DNA of 64,000 nucleotides. Source: an uncultured Verrucomicrobiae bacterium. GTDB taxonomy: Bacteria > Verrucomicrobiota > Verrucomicrobiia > Limisphaerales > UBA11358. A program made the position numbers and the translations under genes. Of this stretch, positions 48,063-56,888 are shown one piece after another. The DNA is taken from positions 2,733,581-2,797,580 of the forward strand of contig CAWJTA010000002.1 of assembly GCA_963845665.1 (NCBI GenBank), written 5' to 3'. The notes under the pieces were generated by a model. It did no database searches. It worked only from the letters and a program-made list of their open reading frames with translations, and had not been told where the DNA came from. Positions within the stretch are counted from its first letter, which is position 1. Each line of letters begins with the position of its first letter.

Positions 48063-51000
48063 CTAGGGCGACGGAGAGATACTTCTAAAGAATAGGGTCT
48101 GATTAGTCAACCCGGTTGAATAGGGCGGCGCTGTATTGGTGACATATGTCCAGGGGCCGTGAACCGTAGGAGCCGCCTGCAAATAACCAGAGCCCCATCC
48201 TACGTTTATCTTGTTCCCGGAGATTTGAATGGACATCATCGGCGGCGTTAATGGTATCCCGGTTGAACCCACCTCATAATGCTCGGAGATTTGGGTCGGC
48301 GTCAGCGCATAGTTGTATTCCGCCACGTTCTCCATCCCCCCGTTGTAGAACCGCGTAGAGCCGCTGTTATTGTAGGCTCCCAAATACAAGGGCGTCCCGG
48401 CTGTCGCCTGCGCGTACCCGGACGAACTGCTCACCGCCAGCACCCCGTTGGTATAAACCTTGAAGCTCGTCCCATCATATGTCAGAACATAATACGACCA
48501 TGATCCTTGCAGGCTTGTCCCGGAATTCACTCGGGTCCAGGCGCCCCCGGATGCCAGCCAGCCGTACAGTAGAGGGTTGGCCCCGTTGGGATAGGCGATC
48601 TCAAACGTCCATCCGTACGGGTTAAAGGCCACGTCAAAACTTAACGGGTTCATATCCGCACCCGCTCCATTGACCGGAAAGATCGGCATCTTCAGCCAAG
48701 TTTCGACACTGAAGTTCGGCGTGTTTAAGGTGCTCGAATAAGGAATCCGGATATAGCCGCTGTTTGTGTTTTGGAAATAGATTGCTGTGTCCGAGTTCAC
48801 CCCGTTGGAATACAGTACGCCCGGACCGCCAAACGTCAGACCGGCGGTATTCATGGCTGTGCCATTGTTGGTGCCAGCCACGTCATGAATGACCGTCCCG
48901 CCCATTTCATTGAGCGGCCAGTAGGAAACAGGATGATCGGCAAGGATTGTCGTTTGATAGGATGAGTTGGTCAGGATGGTGAGGGTCGCTTTGGCGCTAG
49001 TGACGGAACCATAGGAATTTGTAATGACCACCAGGTAATCCGCGGCATTGGCCAGTGTTAAATTCGAGATCGTCAGGGTGGCGTTGGTTACGCTGGTGAT
49101 TTGGCTGTTGACTGGCAAATTCGCGTATACTCCGCCGCCGGCAACTCTCGCCATCCATTGATACGATAATTGCGCCAGTCCGGCGGCACCGACGGTGAAT
49201 TGAATGCTCTGGCCGACAATGCTCGTCTGGTTGGACGGTTGCATGGTAATAGTTGGTGCCGGGCTCAAGACAGTCAATGTTGCCACGGCGCTGTTGACCG
49301 GCCCATTCGAATTGCTGACCACGACCATATAGTCAGCAGTATTTGCAAATGTCAAATTGGAGATAGTTAAAGTTGCATTGGTCACGCTGGCGATTTGGCT
49401 GTCAGGCAGCAAATTGGTATAAATGCCGCTGCCGGTGGCACCCGCCATCCATTGATAATACTGGGAACCAATGCTGCCGGCAGTCACCGAAAATACTGCA
49501 GTTTGATCGATGTAATTAGTTTGGCTGGACGGCTGCACGGTGATGACAGGAAATGAATAAGGATTTGGAAATGGCTCGGGCTCAAAATTTGCTCCCGGGA
49601 CCCAATAGGTTCCTCCCGCCTCATAAGCGCCGATGTCTGGAGCAGCCCCAATATATCCATCTGTATAGGGTGAATATACCTCGCCTCCATCAATGGCTCC
49701 CGACCCCGTCTGGGGTACGTAGTTCGATCCCAATGGAGGGTACCAGCCATCATCAGTCAGAGTCGTGCTGCCGCTAAATGCATTGTTCTGGCTGGTTGAG
49801 TGCCAGATATTATTGATGAACGAAACATTAATATCGCCGCCCCCGTTACATAACAAGTCGGTTCCGTTCGAGACGGCAGTATTATTGATAAATAAATTAT
49901 TGGTAAACGAATTGAAACACATTCCATTGGCGTTGCTGTAACAGACGTTCCGATACACAATGTAGTTATTTTGACCTTGATCTACATATACCCCGGCCCA
50001 GCAATTGTGCGCCCAATTATGATGGATGATCGTGCCATTCCCATTGCCTCCTCCCACATACACGTAGGTAGCGCCTCCATCACTGGTCAAAAGCGTCCCA
50101 AAACCCAGGTCGTTATATGCGATATCGACATCCGTAGCGGAGGCGCCAACCAAATATCGGCCACTATACGTAAACGTGTTATTGAGGATCCTCGTCCCAT
50201 TGCCGCCGCTATAGGCAGTGACCGCCGCATAATAAGTTCCAGGATAGTAATCCACCTGCTGGATCACACAATTGCTCACAACCTCATTTTGGCCGCTGCA
50301 TCGGATGCCGTCCTGCGAACTGTATTTAATTGTCGAATTCTCCCACATGCTTCCGCTTCCGCTTACTTGGTTGGCGATGGGAACATCCATCGTCCAGTCC
50401 GCGGTTGTGTTATGTTGCACGTATTCAAGGTTGCAATTGTTCACGATGCAATCGGTGGTATTGGCCATGGAAATACCCGCAGCAAACACATACAGGCCAT
50501 TTACCGTTATGTAGGCCAGATTATCGAGGGTAAAGGCACTGGTTCTTGCCTTGATCTCGACAGTGTGATTGGTCGGGGACGCACTGTCGGGGCACCAGAG
50601 ATATAGCACCTTGGCGTTGGTGTCCAGGTACCATTCGGTTGAGATATCCAGCAGCGGTAATGCGCCGTAGATATAATAGTAGGTGGCGGTCGCACCGGAA
50701 TTGAAAATATTTCCGTTCCACGAAAGTTTCTTCGCCACGGGATCCCAGGCTGTGATAAGACGGGTATTGGCCGCGTAACCCGAATTATTGTACTCATTAG
50801 GGAATATATGAAGGGTTGCTCCCAAAAGATTTACATTTGGCAGAGAGCTATCCATCAGATTTGTCAGCGTGCAGGAATTGGGGGTCGATCGTGGCGCGTA
50901 GAGCAGATTATTGACCGTGGCATTGGGCCAGCGCGCTTCATTCATCATGACTCCATCCACGAAGAGCTGCCTGAATGAACTCGTCGTGCTCGCCTGGTAA

Positions 51001-51335
51001 ATGGAATTACTATAAACGTTCCACGTCAGGCTGATCGGGTTGGCGCCGCTGACTATCGGAATTGCACCGGGGTAAGCGGCGAACGTAATGGGCAAACCGG
51101 CCGTGCCACTATGCGCCGGCACGACTGTCTCGCGATAAGTTCCCGAAAAAATATAGCAGGTATCACCGGCATTCATGACCGATGCCGCTTTCTGGATGGT
51201 TAGAAATGCGAGGTTCGTGGTGCTTCCGGGATTTGAGTCATTCCCGGATTTTGCCACGTAGTAAACTGCAGCCTGCCCGGATTGAGCCAGAAAAACAATA
51301 GCCAGAAACGTGAAAAAAATATTTCTTACAGTCAT
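48063..51335 (-). CDS. Secreted right-handed beta-helix (pectate-lyase-fold) protein with two Ig-like modules and a C-terminal LamG module
   Basis: 'YYVAKSGNDSNPGS...TIQKAASVMNAGDTCYIFSGTYRE', many beta-helix coils, 2 x 98-aa Ig-like repeats. The LamG start 'YWPLNEMGGTVIHDVAGTNNGTAM' and the C-terminal tail are paralogous to 36705..38846. Confidence 0.85.
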   Translation of the reverse strand: MTVRNIFFTFLAIVFLAQSGQAAVYYVAKSGNDSNPGSTTNLAFLTIQKAASVMNAGDTCYIFSGTYRETVVPAHSGTAGLPITFAAYPGAIPIVSGANPISLTWNVYSNSIYQASTTSSFRQLFVDGVMMNEARWPNATVNNLLYAPRSTPNSCTLTNLMDSSLPNVNLLGATLHIFPNEYNNSGYAANTRLITAWDPVAKKLSWNGNIFNSGATATYYYIYGALPLLDISTEWYLDTNAKVLYLWCPDSASPTNHTVEIKARTSAFTLDNLAYITVNGLYVFAAGISMANTTDCIVNNCNLEYVQHNTTADWTMDVPIANQVSGSGSMWENSTIKYSSQDGIRCSGQNEVVSNCVIQQVDYYPGTYYAAVTAYSGGNGTRILNNTFTYSGRYLVGASATDVDIAYNDLGFGTLLTSDGGATYVYVGGGNGNGTIIHHNWAHNCWAGVYVDQGQNNYIVYRNVCYSNANGMCFNSFTNNLFINNTAVSNGTDLLCNGGGDINVSFINNIWHSTSQNNAFSGSTTLTDDGWYPPLGSNYVPQTGSGAIDGGEVYSPYTDGYIGAAPDIGAYEAGGTYWVPGANFEPEPFPNPYSFPVITVQPSSQTNYIDQTAVFSVTAGSIGSQYYQWMAGATGSGIYTNLLPDSQIASVTNATLTISNLTFANTADYMVVVSNSNGPVNSAVATLTVLSPAPTITMQPSNQTSIVGQSIQFTVGAAGLAQLSYQWMARVAGGGVYANLPVNSQITSVTNATLTISNLTLANAADYLVVITNSYGSVTSAKATLTILTNSSYQTTILADHPVSYWPLNEMGGTVIHDVAGTNNGTAMNTAGLTFGGPGVLYSNGVNSDTAIYFQNTNSGYIRIPYSSTLNTPNFSVETWLKMPIFPVNGAGADMNPLSFDVAFNPYGWTFEIAYPNGANPLLYGWLASGGAWTRVNSGTSLQGSWSYYVLTYDGTSFKVYTNGVLAVSSSSGYAQATAGTPLYLGAYNNSGSTRFYNGGMENVAEYNYALTPTQISEHYEVGSTGIPLTPPMMSIQISGNKINVGWGSGYLQAAPTVHGPWTYVTNTAPPYSTGLTNQTLFFRSISPSP
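48965..49555 (-). repeat. Two tandem 294-nt Ig-like coding repeats
   Basis: 'ggacggttgcatggtaat' at 49233 versus 'ggacggctgcacggtgat' at 49527. The protein repeats both end 'TNATLTISNLT(F/L)AN(T/A)ADY(M/L)VV(V/I)(S/T)NS'. Confidence 0.8.
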
Positions 51336-51423
51336 TAAAATGGGCCGCTGGCTTTAGCGGAGCGGTAAGCATTAGCCATGTGTTTGTGTTGATATTCTTA
51401 CATCAGGTTTTGCTGTTTCACAA

Positions 51424-51439
51424 TCCGTCAAATGACGGA
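51424..51439. promoter_or_regulatory. 7-2-7 palindromic box, copy B (upstream of the beta-helix/GH3/GH29-like operon)
   Basis: Exact 16-mer. On the minus strand it is followed by TTGTGA (51418-51423), 17 nt, then TAAGAA (51395-51400). The operon start codon is at 51335. Confidence 0.6.
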
Positions 51440-51499
51440 GGCTATTGTGTACAGACTCATTATTCAAAGACGCGATATCTGGAATTCTCTGATTTTGCC

Positions 51500-52987
51500 T
51501 TAATTTACATCCGTGCGAAACGGGGTCGCGGGGAGCCCTTGCTGGTTGACCAAATTTACATCGGGCACATTTGACCAGCCATAGCGAACCTCTGCAGGCT
51601 TTGCCACTAAGGGATTATAGACGACCACTTTGTTTCCCTCAATTTCCGCTATGGCGTCAAAAAACTGCCCTTTCGGGCCGGCGATTTGGAAGCCTTTAAG
51701 TTTGCCTCCTCTGGCTGCCAGGCCGCCGGTCGCATGGCTGAAGTAAATGATCGCGTGGTCTTTTTTAATTTTCATCGAATCATAGACGGGCCCCGAATAT
51801 TCTATCTTTTTGCCGTAGGCAACAGCGCGCGCCGCCAATGCAAGTCGGGCGCCGACGGGTTCTTTTCGCGTGGGATGAATATTATTCGTGTCGCCAACGT
51901 CGGTAATAACCACCATCGCCGTTCGAGGCACCTGTTGCCAGGTCAATAATTGTGCTTCACGGATTTCCGGAGTCATGTCACGCTGCGGCGCAATTTGGAC
52001 AAACAGAAATGGAAACCTGCTTTCTCCCCAGGCAATCCTCCAGCTTCGAATCAGGGCGGGGAAGAGTTTGCGATATTCATTGGCGCGCTTGTTGTTCGAC
52101 TCACCCTGGTACCAGATGACACCTGCAATTGCAAAAGGCTGAAGAGGAGCTATCATGGCATTATACAATCCGGCGGGACGGTTAAAGCTAATGGCCGGGC
52201 TTTTGGCGACCTGCACCCTGGATACATCTTTGCCTTCAGCTTTTGCTTCAGCGACGTTCGTTTGGTATTCGGCCCGGGCCTGGGCCGGATCAAATGTTTT
52301 TACGGCCAATGCCTGTCGTTCGAGGATTTGCTTTAAATCCGGGTCCTCTTCAAGAGCAGTACGAGCAGTCCAGGCTTCGGCTGGTGTTCCTCCAACGGAT
52401 GAATGAATCAGACCGATGGGGATTTTCATTGTCCTGCGAAGATCGCGTCCAAAGAAGTATCCTACCGCGGAAAAATATTTCGCCTTTCCAGGCGTTGATT
52501 CAACCCAGGACCCGGACACATCGGTCTTTGGTTCATCCGACGCCTCATGAGCAACCGTGAAAAAACGCAATTGAGAGTCTGAAGCGGTGGCTAAAGCTTC
52601 CGACGCATTCGTGGTGGCAGCCAACGGCATTTCCATGTTTGATTGCCCGCTGCAGAGCCAGACCTCACCCACCAGAACATTGGTAATCGTAACAATATTT
52701 TCACCGGCAATGGTCATAACAAATGGTCCGCCGGCTTCTAAAGGTTTGAGATGCAACATCCAGTGCTCTTCGCGCGCTGTGGTGGATACCGTTTGATTTT
52801 GAAATTTGACGGTTATTTTTTCGCCATCTCTTGCGCTGCCCCAGATTGGCAGTTTGACTCCTCGCTGCAAGACGACACCGTCGGAAAAGAGAGCATTTGG
52901 TTGGACGGCATACATCGATAATGGCCGGCAGGTCAACAACACGACGATTTGGAAAATGTGAATTATGCGCGAATTGATTTTCATCAT
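51500..52987 (-). CDS. Sialate O-acetylesterase-like (SASA/SGNH) carbohydrate esterase
   Basis: Signal peptide. 'LFSDGVVLQRGVKLPIWG', 'GEVWLCSGQSNME', 'GVIWYQGESN'. Confidence 0.85.
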   Translation of the reverse strand: MMKINSRIIHIFQIVVLLTCRPLSMYAVQPNALFSDGVVLQRGVKLPIWGSARDGEKITVKFQNQTVSTTAREEHWMLHLKPLEAGGPFVMTIAGENIVTITNVLVGEVWLCSGQSNMEMPLAATTNASEALATASDSQLRFFTVAHEASDEPKTDVSGSWVESTPGKAKYFSAVGYFFGRDLRRTMKIPIGLIHSSVGGTPAEAWTARTALEEDPDLKQILERQALAVKTFDPAQARAEYQTNVAEAKAEGKDVSRVQVAKSPAISFNRPAGLYNAMIAPLQPFAIAGVIWYQGESNNKRANEYRKLFPALIRSWRIAWGESRFPFLFVQIAPQRDMTPEIREAQLLTWQQVPRTAMVVITDVGDTNNIHPTRKEPVGARLALAARAVAYGKKIEYSGPVYDSMKIKKDHAIIYFSHATGGLAARGGKLKGFQIAGPKGQFFDAIAEIEGNKVVVYNPLVAKPAEVRYGWSNVPDVNLVNQQGLPATPFRTDVN

Positions 52988-53063
52988 TAATTGCGGTCAA
53001 GTCGGTTTGTTGTAAAGCCGGTCTATTGAGGATTTATCAGCCAAAGATTTGCGCCCTGAACAG

Positions 53064-53079
53064 TCCGTCAAATAACAGA
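53064..53079. promoter_or_regulatory. 7-2-7 box, copy C (one perfect half-site, one degenerate) upstream of the esterase gene
   Basis: 'TCCGTCA-AA-TAACAGA' has 2 mismatches in the right half. On the minus strand it is followed by CTGTTC (53058-53063), 18 nt, then TGATAA (53034-53039). The start codon is at 52987. Confidence 0.45.
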
Positions 53080-53089
53080 ACCATAGCAA

Positions 53090-53959
53090 CTATTGCGGTT
53101 GTCCTGCATACTTCATTATAAAATCCACAATTGGCGCAGGATCAGTTAGGCCGTGAGGATGATGGCCGACACCATGCTTTACGATTAACGTGATGTTCCC
53201 TCCTAAATCACGATAACGTTTGGCCACGATCCCTGTATTTTCGTCCCAAGGCACAACCGGATCCGCATCCCCGTAAACATGTAGCAGCGGGACTCTGTGG
53301 TCCGCGAGGGGTTTGAGGTTATCGATCGGATTTCCGGGATAAGCTATTGCTTCTGCGTCGGACTTGAAACCGTATGCTTTGAGCATTTTTCCCCATTCTT
53401 CCTTGCTGCCGTCACCTTTGCCCAAATTCCTGGCTTTTCCGCCCGGCCAGCTTTTGAAATCACAAACCGGGGCATCTGCATAAATACACGCCACCTTGTC
53501 AGGATTGGCTGTCGCCCAGTTATAACAATAGAGGCCGCCGCGGCTCAAACCAATCAGCGCGACTTTTTTCGCGAATCCGTATTTCTTCGTCAGTTCCCTG
53601 TAAAACGTGTCCCAAAGCTCGACTGCTTTGGGACTTCCAAACATATCTGGCGTGCTTAAAAATGCGAGATAAAGACCGTTGGTGAGAAGCGCCGCATCTG
53701 CATTTGCATAAATTCCGAAGAACTCTCCGCGCCATGCCCACGGGCGGTTCGGCAATTGTTGCCTCGGCGCGACCACGATGGCGTTCCTGCCCCCGACTTT
53801 AAAATCATACCTGTCAAAACCATTCCATTTTGATTTTATTCCCGGAAACATTGCCGCATTCGTGGAGGGCGCGTACGCCGCATCAGATCCAGCCATTCGA
53901 CCGGGCAATAGCAAAGCCACCAGGATTATAATAACAAATGGAATCAAACGCGTTGACAT
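53090..53959 (-). CDS. Secreted alpha/beta-hydrolase (esterase)
   Basis: Start taken at ATG 53959 ('MSTRLIPFVIIILVALLLPG' signal). Nucleophile elbow 'GLSRGG'. C-terminal 'HGVGHHPHG'. Confidence 0.75.
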   Translation of the reverse strand: MSTRLIPFVIIILVALLLPGRMAGSDAAYAPSTNAAMFPGIKSKWNGFDRYDFKVGGRNAIVVAPRQQLPNRPWAWRGEFFGIYANADAALLTNGLYLAFLSTPDMFGSPKAVELWDTFYRELTKKYGFAKKVALIGLSRGGLYCYNWATANPDKVACIYADAPVCDFKSWPGGKARNLGKGDGSKEEWGKMLKAYGFKSDAEAIAYPGNPIDNLKPLADHRVPLLHVYGDADPVVPWDENTGIVAKRYRDLGGNITLIVKHGVGHHPHGLTDPAPIVDFIMKYAGQPQ

Positions 53960-53993
53960 GACCGGCTGTTGTATATTTAAAAATTTGTTCGAG

Positions 53994-54019
53994 TACAATC
54001 CGTCAAATGACGGATTGTA
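53994..54019. promoter_or_regulatory. 7-2-7 box, copy D, extended to a perfect 26-nt palindrome between divergent genes
   Basis: 'TACAATCCGTCA-AA-TGACGGATTGTA'. Minus side: TTGTAC (53993-53998), 17 nt, TATACA (53970-53975), then 10 nt to ATG 53959. Plus side: TTGTAA (54015-54020), 17 nt, TAAACA (54038-54043), then 13 nt to TTG 54057. Confidence 0.65.
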
Positions 54020-54056
54020 ATGCGGATCGGAAATCATTAAACAAATCATATAAGTT

Positions 54057-56750
54057 TTGAAGAAAACAGTTCCCTTTTCACGAGCGCGATTACTTGCCAC
54101 TGCCATTGTTGCGTTTGTGTGCCAGATTTCTGAGGCAACACATTTTTACGTGTCCACGAATGGTAACGATGCGAACTCCGGCCGCGGTCCGGGCAGAGAA
54201 CAATCTCTAAAAACTATTCAGGCCGCGGTCGATAAACTGCGGCCTGGCGATTTCCTTTCAATTGGCGGCGGTGTCTATCGTGAAACCGTTGTTTTTCATC
54301 ATAGTGGGACCGGGGAAAGTATAATTACCGTCGAACCATACAGAAATGAGCGAGTGATCATCACCGGTTGTGAACCTGTTACCGGGTGGACCAGGTACAC
54401 AAATAATATTTGGATGGCTCGCATGAATTGGACCCTGGGATTGGGGCGCAACCAGGTATTTGACGATGGCAATGTGTTGATTGAGGCCCGCTATCCAAAC
54501 GAGCCAGACCGCGGCCTGGAAATTCCAGTTCGCGGCTTAAGCAAGTTATGGCCGACTTTTGGCGAATTCTCGATCCCGGCCGACACCGGAAAGTCGCAAC
54601 CGGGAAGGATTGTGAGCAAATTGCTTGAAAGGGAGCCTGATGATTACTGGAGGGGCGCCCTTTACTACGGCGTTCACTACCAGGGCTGGTCCGCACAAAC
54701 GGGTATTATAGAAAGTTCAAAAGCCGGAGAAATTGTTGTCGGAGATCGCACCAAAACGTGGTGGTTCGCCGGGACACGATATGGGGAAGAAATGGGCCGG
54801 GGAATGATTATTGGTCATATGCATGCCCTGGATCAACCCGGCGAATGGGTTTGGCAGCGGAACATGCTCTATATGATTCCGCCTGCTGGCGCCGCCCCGG
54901 ACGGACTTATAGACGCCAAAAAAAGGCAATTGGCATTTGATCTGTCCGGCCAGAGCTACATCCATATTCGTGGTCTTGCCGTCAACGCCGCTTCTGTCAA
55001 AATGGATGGGTCGGCCTGGTGCTCTTTTGACCACTGCGACTTCAGCTATATCTCGCATTTTACGCTAATGTACGGAATCGGGCAGGTCGAAAAAGGCCGG
55101 GACACGATCAAATCCGGCGAAACGGGTATTTTTATCAGCGGCCACGACAATGCATTCCTGAGTTGCAGCGTCCGTTTCAGCGCCGGCGCCGGATTCTATC
55201 TTCGAGGTTACCACCAGACGATCCATAACTGCCTGATCGATGAAGTTGATTATTCCAGCCACTATCTCAACGCCATTACCGAGGCGGTGGCAGATTTTCA
55301 AGACGATGAAGACCTTCTTGTCGGCGGCCACGTGATTACCTGCAACACTATGAGCAATGCCGGAAGGCATTTTTTTAACTTTTCAGGCAATGGCACCAGC
55401 ATGGTATCGCGCAACCGCGCGCCTATGAATTATATGGCTACACTGTTTGCACACAATCACCTCTTCAACGGCATGCTTGAAACAAGGGACGCCGGTTTTC
55501 TCACGGGTTACTTCAGCAGTGGCGGCACGCTTGACGGGTTGAACTCGCAAGTGGCGTTCAATGTCATGCATGATTCTTACGACCCTTTTGGCATGCGAAT
55601 CAAAAAACTAGGGATCATTTATTTGGACCAGGGAACCTGCAACGTGGATCTCTATGATAATTTGCTTTGGGCCAAACCCGGGTCCCTGCAGCAGGGCTTT
55701 TGGTACAACACGTGTTGCGTTGGCATTCGCGAAACCAATAATGTCTTCTATACGAACTTTATTCGGTCCGGCAATGAATTAAGGCCTGGCGATTTTCCGG
55801 AAGGCAAGGCATTTCAATTCGGTTGCAATTTTAGCCATCCACCACCCATACCTCAGTGGCCGCCACTCGACAGTCAATGGGAGTCGGCGGAATCAGTCAC
55901 AAGCTTTTCTCCTGGGATCGTGAAATCAACCAATGGTCTCACCGGTTTGACCAATGGCAGCTGGCTTTGTTTTGGCAACGTTGACTTCAACCAGCATTGG
56001 CAATCGATTGTTTTGCACTTTTCAAGTGACGCCAAACAAATGAATACCGACAAAACTGATCGGACTCCTCCACGCCACCAGAAAGCAACTGACCCATTGG
56101 TGTTTGAATTCGCCGCTAATGATGGCGTTCGGGCGGATGTGCAAAAATACTGGACCTTTGTTCATGGATTCACCAACGGCGCGTGGTTGCGTTTCAATAA
56201 AGTCCCGATGGGCAACGGATACCGCCGATTTCGGATAATCTATGGCCATACAAATGAAATTCCCCGGACGCTTGAAGTCCATATGGATAGCCCAACCGGC
56301 CCGCTCATCGGCACTGCACCTCTTTCCAAAACCGACAAGCCCAGGATCGGCTGGACGCAAATTTATGGCGAGGCTATCGGTGAGATCTCAAGCCTGGCAG
56401 TGGGTACTCATGACATTTTTTTGGTCTTCCATTCCAATGACGCGAAAACAATCGGAGAATTTGAGTATTTCCGGTTTGAGCAGTATCGGGGAGAGATCGC
56501 CTTGCAGAAGAATGATGTAAAACTCGAAATCCGTATTGACAGCAAAGACGGAGAGAAAATCGGCGACATTTTCCCGCATTTTACCGGCGGATCTGCTAAT
56601 TTTACTGATTTCGTCGCCTCGATTGAACCAACCAAAGCAAAAGGCCCCTTGTTTATTGTCGTGCGGTCAAAACTCGATTCGCCTATCGGTGAAATCGGGT
56701 GGATCCGTTTGGATAGAAAAAAGGATTTTATAACGGGAATTCAACAGTGA
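54057..56750 (+). CDS. Secreted right-handed beta-helix protein with C-terminal CBM6/35-like carbohydrate-binding modules
   Basis: 'HFYVSTNGNDANSG...TIQAAVDKLRPGDFLSIGGGVYRE'. Two CBM-like modules ('GSWLCFGNVDFNQHWQSIVLHFSS', 'GAWLRFNKVPMGNGYRRFRIIYG'). Confidence 0.8.
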   Translation: MKKTVPFSRARLLATAIVAFVCQISEATHFYVSTNGNDANSGRGPGREQSLKTIQAAVDKLRPGDFLSIGGGVYRETVVFHHSGTGESIITVEPYRNERVIITGCEPVTGWTRYTNNIWMARMNWTLGLGRNQVFDDGNVLIEARYPNEPDRGLEIPVRGLSKLWPTFGEFSIPADTGKSQPGRIVSKLLEREPDDYWRGALYYGVHYQGWSAQTGIIESSKAGEIVVGDRTKTWWFAGTRYGEEMGRGMIIGHMHALDQPGEWVWQRNMLYMIPPAGAAPDGLIDAKKRQLAFDLSGQSYIHIRGLAVNAASVKMDGSAWCSFDHCDFSYISHFTLMYGIGQVEKGRDTIKSGETGIFISGHDNAFLSCSVRFSAGAGFYLRGYHQTIHNCLIDEVDYSSHYLNAITEAVADFQDDEDLLVGGHVITCNTMSNAGRHFFNFSGNGTSMVSRNRAPMNYMATLFAHNHLFNGMLETRDAGFLTGYFSSGGTLDGLNSQVAFNVMHDSYDPFGMRIKKLGIIYLDQGTCNVDLYDNLLWAKPGSLQQGFWYNTCCVGIRETNNVFYTNFIRSGNELRPGDFPEGKAFQFGCNFSHPPPIPQWPPLDSQWESAESVTSFSPGIVKSTNGLTGLTNGSWLCFGNVDFNQHWQSIVLHFSSDAKQMNTDKTDRTPPRHQKATDPLVFEFAANDGVRADVQKYWTFVHGFTNGAWLRFNKVPMGNGYRRFRIIYGHTNEIPRTLEVHMDSPTGPLIGTAPLSKTDKPRIGWTQIYGEAIGEISSLAVGTHDIFLVFHSNDAKTIGEFEYFRFEQYRGEIALQKNDVKLEIRIDSKDGEKIGDIFPHFTGGSANFTDFVASIEPTKAKGPLFIVVRSKLDSPIGEIGWIRLDRKKDFITGIQQ

Positions 56751-56811
56751 AGTGGCCACAGCGCAACTCACCCTTGAGGGGAGGGACACATTCGCGAACT
56801 TTTAAATCCAA

Positions 56812-56888
56812 TGGTGCACGCATCAGGAGTTGAACCTGAAACCTTCTGATCCGTAGTCAGATGCTCTATCCAATTGAGCTATGCGTGC
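56812..56888 (-). tRNA. tRNA-Arg (anticodon ACG), CCA encoded
   Basis: Hand-folded 77 nt: GCACGCA-TA-GCTC-AATTGGATA-GAGC-A-TCTGA-CTACGGA-TCAGA-AGGTT-TCAGG-TTCAACT-CCTGA-TGCGTGC-A-CCA. All four stems are fully Watson-Crick paired. Confidence 0.95.
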
